The position numbers and the translations under genes were made by a program. The notes beneath the pieces were generated by a model. That model was not told the DNA's origin and searched no databases. It was given only the letters and a program-made list of their open reading frames with translations. 64,000 nt of DNA from Octopus sinensis (Eukaryota), in the NCBI RefSeq assembly GCF_006345805.1, contig NC_042997.1, positions 206,708,001 to 206,772,000 of the forward strand, in the 5' to 3' direction. How positions within the stretch are numbered: the first letter of the stretch is position 1; each line of letters opens with the position of its first letter. Of the stretch, positions 47,346-58,639 are shown piece by piece.

Positions 47346-48331
47346 GATGTGTGTGTGTGTGTGTGTATGAAATGAATACTATATCTGTATGTATGTACGG
47401 AGATTCAAACCAAATCCAAACGAGTTGCTTCTCACTACAACTCCTGTTTCAAACCTAGACCAGATTTGCTATATATTTTCATTCTACTGGGGCAGTCATT
47501 TGCCACAAAGCTCCATCGTCTCAAATATTCTTTTCTTCTTGAGGCACAAGGCCCAAAATTTTTGGGAAGGAGGCCAGTCGATTAGATCAAGCCACGGATA
47601 CAACTGGTACTTATTTTATAGACTCCAGAAGGATGAAAGGCAAAGTCGACTTTGGCAGAATTTGAACTCAGAAAGTAAAGACAGACGAAATAACGCCAAG
47701 TATTTCGCTCGGCGTGCTAACGTTTCTGATGTGTTAGTATCCCTGTTAATGAAGCAATTGTCCTTCTTGGATGTGCCTTATATGAGGAGATTTGGCTGCC
47801 ATTTCTAGCTTGACGTACGTTAAAACTTGCAACATAATCTTACGGAACCCGGGTAAAAAGAAGTCACAGGAAAACTATGGGGGGGGGGGTGTCCGAGGAG
47901 ACTTTTGTCCTGGGTGGGGTGGGGGACAAATTATTTGTGACTTTATTACAGGTCTTCATTTCATGACCAAGAAAACATGGCATACCTAGACAGGTGCCCC
48001 TCCATCGATTTTGTTTGTTCGTAACTTTCAGAAAAGTTGATGTTCTTGAATGAAATTTACTAGAAATAGCTTTAAGAGGCTGTAGGTTCCGATGATGGGG
48101 GAAAATATCGAAGGCTTTGCAGACATACGTAATGACACACATCACATATACCTACAGAACTTGGAAATACTTACACACACACACACATTCTGAAAACGGA
48201 GAGGAAACAAATCCATGTAGTTATAATGTAAGGAAAAGTATTGAAATCGATTTTGTAAAGTATTTGTAAAGCAATGGAGAGACGGGATTAAAGAAATTAA
48301 ATTAGGAAGATGTAAAACAAAAAAAACTTAC

Positions 48332-48400
48332 CTCGTCACAACTCTGAGCAAAAGTGAAACTTGAAACTTTATTTGATCGTTTTTAAGCTATTGATTGGTT
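48332..48400 (-). promoter_or_regulatory. Candidate 5' UTR first exon / core promoter of the RRM gene
   Basis: Non-repetitive island between TEs. Strong minus-strand donor CGAG|GTAAGTTTT at 48332/48331, CCAAT box (AACCAATCA on minus, 48392-48400), tandem IRF-like AAAAGTGAAACTTGAAACT at 48350-48368. Splicing to 17973 puts an in-frame TGA just upstream, consistent with UTR. No transcript evidence. Confidence 0.35.
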
Positions 48401-48514
48401 TAACAACAACTTTGTATGACATCAGAAAAACACTTCTCCTCTGTCCTCTTTTAACACAATTTACCTTGAAATATATTTTATTATTATTTACAACAGACGA
48501 CATGAAAAATATGT

Positions 48515-50760
48515 TTCTTTATTAGCCACACAGGGCTGAACACAGACGGGACAAATTACAAAGTAGAGCTTTTCTTTTTTTTAGGGGGAGAAAAAAAAAC
48601 AATCAATAGCGATCGTGTATCACAGAAATGTCATGATGTAACGTGTAAAGGGGGAAGCATATAAGGTTTATCCGTGGAAAGAAAAGCCTACGGAAAAGAC
48701 CACGGTAACTTCGGTCAATAATGTCACATGTTAACACATTTATTTGCAAGTAGGTCACATGTTAACACATTTATTTGCAAGGAGGTAACCCTCTGTTTTA
48801 AATTTTTCCGGGTACATAGGGTTATGGTCAAGGTAGCTTCGTCATTCATATGTGCCATCCTTGCTACGTTCACCCATCTTTTTTTTAAACATTCGCTAGA
48901 CAAAACTTGCCTCTCTACTCTCACTTACCTTTTCAAGTGATACTTGAAGAAGTTGATGAGAGATTGACCAGAGAGGAAAGTATTTGTCTCTAATCCTTTC
49001 AGATGCGTCCACCAGATACATTCTTTCGCCATAGCCACAAGTATGATGAAAATAGCTCTTCCTCCCCGTTTGAAGGAAGGAGGCGTGACAATATTGACGA
49101 TAGACTCGGCTGATAAACCGACTCATCCCCCACGTAACAGCAGTCGTTCGACATAAGCCCACAGGTCGGCTCCGTTTTTCTCGAGCCGTGTCTATAGAGC
49201 TTATCCTAAACAGGTACCGCTTCTCGGTAGCGCTACCAAGCCAGGGATCTCTGGAAGTTGTCCATAGGTCCTGGCCCGAAAGTCGTCCTGAACAGACGGG
49301 TCAGGTATTCCTCATCAACGCCCAGGTTCACCCTGAGCTCATCATACCTCCCCTCCACTAATCCCCTAAAGAATGCTTTGGGTGTGTTGAAGTTGCTGAA
49401 GGTCAACCCAGGCCGGCATAGTTGCTTGAGAGCAACGCGACACTCGCCCTTCCTCGGCCTCTTTTTGATCCATGACTGCAGTGCGGTCATGGAGACAAGT
49501 TGCAGGAAAGCGTGCCTCACAAACGGCGACCACACCTGTTCACCATCGTCTACATAGAGCTGGAGATGTCGCAGTTTCTGCGCATCATCAACCACAGCAT
49601 GCCCAGTCCTCCTTTTAACGGGTGTTGACAGCAAATGGATTACTTGACCATCGGGACACATTCTTTCCACAAGAAGCGGAAGAGAATGCATTCTAGTTTG
49701 GTGATGGAAGGGTCAGGACAAGGTACAACGGTCAGGCAGTAGTAGATGATGGACGCGATGTACATGTTCGCCACCTCCACCTGACCTTTTAGGGACAGTT
49801 TCCTCTCGGCCTATTGCCAAGTGAGCTTGACCACCTTACTCGTTATCTCATTCCAGTTCTTCTCCATTTAGAGGTCCGGACCAAACCAGACGCCGAGCAA
49901 CTCAACCGGACCATCGGTCCAGTGTCCCACAATGGAGGCGCTGGTGGACGGCATGGGCTTGCTTCTCCAGGTGCCGAGCCACAAGCCCACTGACTTTTTC
50001 CAGTTGATTTTCGCTCCTGTCACCGCTTTGTAGTCTTTCTGTGTCTCGCCAACCTGCTCGATGTGCTCGTGGCTAGACACTATGATGGTGACGTTGTCCA
50101 CGTATGCGGACATGCTCGTCCCGCATCCCAATTCTCGTGGGATGTCCCTCAGAGTCACCAGCTTCCGCAGTAATGGCTCGATAGTCAATATGTATAGAAG
50201 CGACGAGAGGGGGCATCCCTGACAGACCGAACGTGCAATGTTGAGAGGTCTTGATAGATGTCCATTTATGCGAATTACCGAGCAGATACCTCTGTACAAA
50301 GCGGCTATCCAGCCGTGGAAGTCAGGACCGAAACCAGCCACTCTGAGGACAGGCTCCAAGTATCGATAGTCTACCCTATCGAAAGCTTTCGATTGATCCA
50401 ATTGATCAGGGCCCCACCCATGCCAGGTTCATTAACTATCCTGTCAATGACGTAGCGTATCAGATGGAGGTTGTCATGGATGCTCCAGCCCAGCACAGCG
50501 CACGTTTGTGCCTTGTCCACCAGTTTCTCGATGCCAAACGCCAACCTCTTGGCCAAAATTTTCAAGTCTGCATTAAGCAGAGTGATGGGCCTAAAGTTAT
50601 CTATTATATCCCCCTTGTTTAGATCTTTCTTCGGCAGTGTTACGGCTCCTTGGCTCACAAAACCAGGGATGCTCCCGTTTTGCTGCCAATTGCAGTACAC
50701 CACTGCCAAAATGTCTCCAAACAAGTCTGGCATACAACTGTAAAGCTCGTAGGGTAGTTT
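48515..50760 (-). mobile_element. Tx1/L1-clade LINE, 5'-truncated and decayed
   Basis: NFRPITLLNADLKILAKRL, DQSKAFDRVD, SVCQGCPLSSLLY, AYVDNVT, WLGTW, C-terminal FQRSLAW. 3' end ccctgtgtggctaataaa. Confidence 0.88.
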
Positions 50761-50796
50761 TCAAAAGAAGAAAACCTGAAACAGTTTTTATAGGAA

Positions 50797-50929
50797 ACTA
50801 GCAGTATAACACGGCCTTGCCCGGGATTAAGTTACGATTATTAAGCTAATCAAGTTCTTTATTTCAAACCAAACTAAGTAATATCGACGTCAAATTTGGG
50901 CAAAATCCGTTGAAATTGGTTATATTATA

Positions 50930-50973
<44 letters not shown>

Positions 50974-51900
50974 ATATAATATAATATAAATATATATGGG
51001 CAACAGACACGAACACACATGTATGTACGTACACCTATTGCATGTTTTGTGCATGCATACATGTTCATAAACAGAAATGAATGGAAAAATGTTGTTAAAT
51101 TTGTAGATTAACACTCTCACGATTTTCACTAAGAAAAATAATCGTTTTTTTTTGCGTGGAATCAACTACTAATATACTACAAAACCCTTTTTGTGGTCCG
51201 TGAATCGGAGTGGGTGTGGTGGAAGCCCCGGAAATTGTACCCATTTATATTGAGCAATTCACTGACAAATTGCTACTCACCTCTTTGTTTCTTTGTTGTT
51301 AAATAAATGGATTGTCAACAAAACACTTTTTTACTCGGCGTAAAATAAAAACAAAACTCTTTCGCACCCAAAGTAATGTGAGTGAGAGAGAGGGGGGAGA
51401 AAGAGGAATGATTTTAAATAAATAAATGATTTTAAATAAATATATTGTAATTGTTGTGTGAGAAAGTATGATTATAAAATATAGTGTCTTTCAAAAACAT
51501 CCTGAATTTGAACACTATATCTCGTGTTTAAGAAAAGACAAAACATTTTATATTTTATGAATGTCATCACTAACTCTCTCTCTCTCCCTCTCCCACTTTG
51601 TCTTTCCCGTGAAACTCTCTGCCTCTCTTCTTCCACTTTTCTTTATCTTGTTTTTTTTTTTGTTAGACGCCGTCAAAAAGATATGGCTGAAAATAGATTT
51701 TTACCGCTAAATGTTATGGCTGAAAATAGATTTTTACCGCTATCCGCGGGTGCCACGGGAAAAAAATAAGTTGACAAAACCCAGATAGGATGTTGACGAA
51801 TGTCCTCCTAAAATTTGAGCGACATGCGTGCTAATTTGTGGATGGGCATAAACTACAATCACGTACACACACACACATCTTGCCGTATATATATACAGAT
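50797..51900 (+). mobile_element. Non-autonomous Helentron/HINE-like element
   Basis: Starts ACTAGCAGTATAACACGGCCTTGCCCGGG, internal (TA)n, 33 bp tandem at 51682-51742, ends tatatatacagat. Confidence 0.6.
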
Positions 51901-52263
51901 ATATATAAATATATATGTATTCCCAACCACAAGGTTCTGGGTTCAGTACTATTGCGTGACACCTTGGGCAAGTGTCTTCTGCTATAGACTCGGGCCGACC
52001 AAAGACTTGTGAGTATATCTGGTTGACGTAAACCGTAAGAAGCCCGTCTTATATATGTATATATATAATTATAGTATATTCTGTTAAGAACATAGTAGAA
52101 TACAGTATAAAGCTCGCTCGTCCACTTTCACATTTAAACTGTGCTTTCCAGTAGTAGTATTATATGTATTTCTAGGTTTGCATTTGGGCATCTCTCGTGT
52201 GTGAATACATAATTGAAAAAATTGGCGTCAACAAGAAGGGTACGGTTGGACATTTATTTTTTA

Positions 52264-52369
52264 ATCACTACAATTGTTTGCACGCAACGTAGTTCTCCAG
52301 ATGTACAGGTACTTGATTAAGAAACTATTTCCCTGCATTATGAGGTCTAGTTGTGTTTCCTCAGGTGAT
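52264..52369 (-). ncRNA. Hammerhead-like motif with G12 replaced by C (likely inactive), probable Penelope pLTR
   Basis: ATCAC-CTGAGGA-A-ACACAAC..GTTGCGTG-CAAA-CAATTGTA|GTGAT. 5 bp stem I, palindromic ACAATTGT stem III, GAAA reads CAAA. Confidence 0.5.
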
Positions 52370-52719
52370 ATGTAAATATTGTCTCTGTAAATTAAAAATC
52401 CTCGGCTTCTATTTCGAAAATTTTCGTAGTAGTCACAAAGCCTATTTACGTATTCAAAGTGCTTTGAATACGTAAATGTAGTGGGATGGTGATTCTCGTA
52501 CCCTTAAAGTGGTTGCCGTTTCAAAGAGATTGATATTTTATTTCTTTATACTGTTGATTTGTTCTTCATGGTTGGTTACACATATGATTCTCCTTAGCTG
52601 GCCTTTAAGATTCAACACACGGACACATACACGCATATATGCGCGCGCCGGCACACACACACATATATATATACATTCACATACATACACATATATAAAA
52701 TCTACACACGCTCACATAT

Positions 52720-54860
52720 TGGGGGAAAATTTTTGGTTAAAATTTTCGTGGAAAATTTTCGAAAGATTTTCAAAAATTTTTGGGGAAAATTTTCGGCAAA
52801 AAATTTTCGAAAAATATTTGGGTAAAATTTTCGGAATATTTTTGGGGAAAATTTTCAAAAAAGTTTTGGGTAAAATTTTCGAAAAATTTTTGGGTAAAAT
52901 TTTCGAAAAACTTTTGAGTAGAATTTTAGGTGAAAATTTTCGTTGAAAATTTTTGGAGAAAATTCTCGGTGAAAATTTTCGACAAACTTTTGGGTAAAAT
53001 TTTCGAAAAATTTTTGGGGTAAGTTTTCGAAAAATTTTTTGGGAAAATTTTAGGTGAAAATTTTCGAAAATTTATGGTGAAAATTTTCGAAGAATTTTTG
53101 GGTAAAATTTCCGGTGAAAATTTTCGAAAAATTTTTGGTGAAAACTTTCGAAAAACTTTTGGGTAAAATTTCTGGGCGGTGAAAATTTTCGGCAAAAATT
53201 TTCGAAAAATTGTTGGTGAAAATTTTCGAAAAATTTTTGGGGAAAATTTTCGGCAAAAATTTTCGAAAAATTGTTGGTGAAGATTTTCGGTGAAAACTTT
53301 CTAAAAATTTTTGGGGAAAATTTTCGGGTAAAATATACAAAAAATTTTCGGTGTAAATTTTCCAAAAATTTTTGGGTAAGATTTTCGGAAAATTTTTTCG
53401 ATAAATTCTTGGGGAAAATTTTCTAAAAATTTTTGGGTAAATTTCGAAAATTTTCCCCAAAAATTTTTCGAAAATTTTACCCAAAAATTTTTCGAAAATT
53501 TTCCTCAGAATTTTTGAAAATTTTTGAAAATTTCTCGCAAACATTTTTGAAAGTTTTCCCCCAAAATTATTCGAAATTTTTCAGAAAGATTTTTCAGAAA
53601 GATTTTTCAGAATTTTTCCCAAAATTTTTTGAAAATTTTGGTGAAAATTTTTGGGTAAAATTTTCGAAAAATTGTTGGTGAAAATTTTTGGGTAAAGTTT
53701 TCGAAAACTTGTTGGTGGAAATTTTTACCCAAAAATTTTTCGAAAATTTTCACCAAAAATTTTTCGAAAATTTTCACCGGAAATTTTACCCAAAAATTCT
53801 TCGAAAATTTTCACCAAAAATTTTTTGAAAATTTTCACCGGAAATTTTACCCCAAAATTTATCGAAAATTTTCACCGAAAATTTTACCCAAAAATTCTTC
53901 GAAAATTTTCACCATAAATTTTTCGATTATTTTCCCAAAAATTTCACCAAAATATTTTCCGAAAATTTTCACCGAAAATTTTACCCAAAAATTCTTCGAA
54001 AATTTTCACCGAGAATTTTCTCCAAAAATTTTTCAAAAATTTTCAACGAAAATTTTCACCTAAAATTCTACTCAAAAGTTTTTCGAAAATTTTCACCGAA
54101 AATTTTACCCAAAAATTTTTCGAAAATTTTCCTCAAGAATTTTTCGAAAAAATTTTAAAAAAAATTTTTGAAAATTTCTCGCAAACATTTTTGAAAGTTT
54201 TCCCCCAAAATTATTCGAAATTTTTCACAAAGATTTTTCAGAATTTTTCCCAAAATTTTTTGAAAATTTTGGTGAAAATTTTTGGGTAAAATTTTCGAAA
54301 AATTGTTGATGAAAATTTTTGGGTAAAGTTTGCGAAAAATTGTTGGTGAAAATTTTTGGGTAAAATTTTAGGTGAAAGTTTTCGCAAAAAATTTGAAAAT
54401 TTTGAAAAAATTTTGGGAAAAATTCTGAAAAATCTTTGTGAAAAATTTTGAATAATTTTTGGGGAAAACTTTCAAAAATGTTTGCGAGAAATTTTTAAAA
54501 ATTAAAAAAAAAATGTTTGAGGAAAATTTTCAAAAATTTTGGGGGCAAATTTTCAAAAATTTTTGTGGAAAATTTTCAAAAATGTTTGGGAGAAATTTTT
54601 TTAAATGTTCGGGAAAAATTTTGAATAACTTTTCAATAATTTTCAAAAATGTTTGCGAAAATTTTTTTTAAACTTTTCAAAAATTTTTGAGGAAAATTTT
54701 CAAAAACTTTGGGGGAAAATTTTCAAAAATTTTTGGGAGAAATTTTTTAAAATCTTAGGGAAAAATTTTGGGAAAAATTTTCAAAAATTTTTGAGAAAAA
54801 TTTTCAAAATTATTTCAAAAGTTTTTGAGGAAAATTTTGACAAATTTTTGGGAAAAATAT
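52720..54860. repeat. Low-complexity minisatellite of GAAAATTTTC / TTTTCGAAAA / TTTTGGGTAAAA units with several orientation switches
   Basis: G-rich vs C-rich strand flips near 53445, 53630, 53720 and 54265. Confidence 0.95.
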
Positions 54861-54892
54861 CTATATATCTATCTATATATATCTATCTATCT

Positions 54893-55275
54893 ACCAGCAG
54901 TATCGCCCGGCGTTGCTCAGGTTTCTTTTGACCTGCTGGAATTGGGATTTTTGAAAAGTAAAAATTTTGCATTATGTAGCTTATTATTCTCTTCAAGTGA
55001 ACATTTTTCTTGTTGAAATACATCGAAAAGTGGCGACACAGCAGTGAAAAAATCGTAAAAAATAGTGATTTTCATAGAAAAAAGCACCTTTTTGATGTAC
55101 ATAATTTTTGGTGTTAACATGGTCCGATTTGAATTTTATCTTCTACGGAAGGAAGAGCAACCCTTCTATCATACTCTCAATTTTGGTCAACTTGCGCCGC
55201 AGGGTCTCGGAGGAGATAGTGTTAGTTGAAGGCTGCCAAGCCTGGCGCACACAGACAACTTCAGCTTTATATAGA
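54893..55275 (+). mobile_element. Short Helentron/HINE-like element
   Basis: Starts ACCAGCAGTATCGCCCGGCGTTGCTCAGG, ends gacaacttcagctttatatagaga. Confidence 0.65.
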
Positions 55276-56868
55276 GAGAGATAACACACACACATTAATA
55301 CACATACACACACACACATGTATGTATGTATGTATGTATGTATATATGTACATCTTTCCACTTCTTGTCATATTTTTATCCTTCACTTCCTACACACACA
55401 CACACGCACACACACACACACACACACCTTAGCTTACAATTTTCTTTCAACAATTGACACTGTCATATATGTATATGTTTGCGTGTCTATGTGTGTAAAG
55501 AGGAAGTGGAAGAAAGTGTGGTAATAGGCAGAATAAAGCCTTTGAAGTGAGAGAGGGAAATCGTAAAATATTGAGTTTTCTCGAATTTTTGCTTAATTGG
55601 GTGTGAAATTGAAAGAAATTTATATGCCATGACCGAATAGAATGTACTTGGAAAAATCATAGGTAAACTCCAATTGAAGAAATTGTGTGAGGAGTAAATC
55701 GTTATGTATTTATTTGTTTCTATTTGCTCTGTATTTTTTTTGAGTAGTGGTTTAAGGTACACTTGCAAAGAGAAAGTGCGAGAAATTATGGTAATAGCAG
55801 GAATGAAGCAGTTGAAATTAGAGAGGCAAATCGTAAAATATTTACTTTTCTCGAATTTTTGCTTAATTGGGGTCAAATTGAAAAAACTTTACATGCCATG
55901 ACCCAATCGAATCTACTTGTAAAAATCGTAGGTAAATTCCAATTGAAGAAATTCTATATTGTAGAATTGTATTAAAAAGGAACATGGGAACAGGCAGAGA
56001 AAATCTGCCTTTTATCATAAGAGATGAAAGTGAATGTAGGTCACCTCAATAGAATTTATCTGGTTTTTTCCTGAGGCCACTAGTTGGCATGTATTTTTCC
56101 ACAAAACTTCAGTGTGTCTATGCACCTACACATGCATGCACACTCACACACACACACACACACACAATCATGCATGCGTACATATATATATTAGTAGCTG
56201 ATAGCATTTTCCCACAAGTCCCCCACCTGTTATTCTCTCCTGTTACACTAGGAAATTTATGAAAGTATAGTGACTTCTTAGATCTTTTCGAAGCATCCAT
56301 ATGTCAAACACATGATACAGAGGAAAAAGCCTTTGTATAGTTTCCCATAATTTAGTTAGTAATATATATATATATACTCAACCAAGTCGGTTTTCTTTCT
56401 CTTTGGTCAGCGGGTGTTTACTGAAAGGGCCTCTAACTTTATGATTTCAACAACACAACCCTTACTCTTTCTACATACCCGTATTCTATTAGCCTGTCCT
56501 TCTCTAGTAGTCACTCACAGATAAAGATAGCTACCATACACGATGGACCATAACGGCTAATGACCAGTGTATACAGCCACCGTAATAATCATATAAATAA
56601 AATGGCCATCCAAACAAACAATTAATGTCGCCGTTCCTCACTTATTTATTCGACTCATATTATTGCAAAACCTAACAGTTGTAATTGGTGAGTTGGTTCT
56701 TATGATTGGTGACCAAAACATGCACACATACATACATACCATACATACATGACGTACAGCCATGCACACACACTTACATATACACATGCATACACACTCA
56801 TACATATATACAAACATACATACATACATATGTATGTATGTATGTCATTGTTCAGTTTTATATAGAGA

Positions 56869-57686
56869 GACTAGCTGAAGGTGACCCGCTCTACGCGCGG
56901 GTAAGAGGTGGTTGTTACTTTCTGTTGCTTCCTTTCTGCACGTAAAAAGCACCATCCGAACGTGGCCGATGCCAGCGCCGCCTTGACTGGCTTCTGTGCC
57001 GGTGGCACGCAAAAAGCACCAACGGATCGTCGGCGCTGCGAACCCCCCTGGCACCTGTGCCGGCGGCACGAAAAAAGCACCCACTACGCTCACAGAGTGG
57101 TTGGCGTTAGGAAGGGCATCCACCTGTAGAAAAACTGCCAGATCAGACTGGAGCCTGGTGCAGTCTCCTGGCTTCCCAGACCCCAGTCAAACTGTCCAAC
57201 CCATGCTAGCACGGAAAACCGACTTTAAACGATGATGATGATGATGATGATTCTCCCTCATTGTTTCTCTCTCCTTTCTCTCTCACTTTCCCCACTCTCT
57301 TACTCTTCCTTTCTCTCGGACTCTCCCTCGCTTTCTCTTACTCTCTATCTTTATCTATCTCTCTCCCATTTATAAACAACAAAAGATGTTGAGTAAGTTG
57401 AGAAATAAAATATTTAGAAAGATCAATCATAAATATCAGGCAGTAACAACGGAAAGGTCTGCTTCAAGGCAGACAGCAAAACACTAATATTTAAAAGAGA
57501 CAGACGAACTTGCGAGCTGAATAAAAATAATAAAACATTGGAAACCAAAGTTTGAAGGGATAGAATCTGAGGATAGTAGAGTCACCATGGCTGGCATTTG
57601 TTAACGACGGACAGCAACGTTTTGACAGTTTAACGGCTGGCGTAAAATTTTGACAGCTGAACCGACCGACCACATAATGCACACAT

Positions 57687-57718
<32 letters not shown>

Positions 57719-58441
57719 CACGCATTATATATACAAATTATATATATATATGTATAAATTAAATTAGAGATAAAACCACTAATAGGCAAATGAAACAGTA
57801 AAAAACCAAAAACAAAAACATAAAAATAAAAATATAATATAGAAAATATAAAATTTAAAAATTTAAATTATTTAAATTTAAAATAAAAATTATTAAATTA
57901 TATTCATAATTTGTTTAAAAATATATATAACTATCAAAAAGTATTAAAAAGTTTAATATACATAAATACAGATATATACACTTTGTATATATACATTATA
58001 TATACATATTTATATATAGAACACACACACACACATATATAAATGAACGCAAGAAATATCTGATTCATAATATTTGTTCTCATGCTCGTGTGTTGGTGGT
58101 GGCGATGATAATTCTCTCTACGAATGCAGACAGATACATAAAAGAACGCCGTCTGACGAACTTATAAAGGGAAAGTGAAAGGGAGTTAGAGGGGAATGGA
58201 GGAAATAGTGTGAGTGAGTGAGGAAGACATATACGTAAAAGAACGGGAGTGGACTTGTCAAAGTGGGTTTTTGGCCCCTAGCAACGACACCTTTTAAGAT
58301 AGGGATTTCTAAGGTAGCCCACGGGCATCGTCACCTCATTTTACATGTCCCTGTAAACTTTGGAGTCAATCGGACGGGACGTAGTGGCCTTGAAAGCGAT
58401 CCAAGCGGTAAAAACACATTTCAGTTTTATATATAGAGATT
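56869..58441 (+). mobile_element. Helentron/HINE-like element carrying a SINE insertion (~56925-57250)
   Basis: Starts ACTAGCTGAAGGTGACCCGCTCTACGCGCGGGT, ends catttcagttttatatatagagat; GAT-tailed SINE inside. Confidence 0.55.
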
Positions 58442-58639
58442 TCTTGCCAATAAAGAAAGAACCAGTTTCTAACTTAGATCAAAGACTCCTTCATTGGAAT
58501 TTCAACATCAACAACAGGGTATGTATGTATCTATCTATATATCTATGTATGTATGTATGCATGCGTGTATGTATGCATGAATGTATGTATGCATGTGTAT
58601 GTATATATGTATCCATGTATGTATGTATATGTCAGGTCA

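Noticed and set aside
52509-53681. ORFs encoding repeated cationic amphipathic peptides (GKIFEKFLGKIFEK...), superficially like antimicrobial peptide precursors
   Set aside because: They arise in several frames on both strands from the A/T-tract satellite, which rarely generates stops. There is no splice or codon evidence, and 52509 starts at GTG.
52720-54860. Many GGGGAAAATTTTC strings resembling NF-kB/Rel sites upstream of an immune-type gene
   Set aside because: They lack the closing CC of kB sites in most units and are an automatic consequence of the satellite composition
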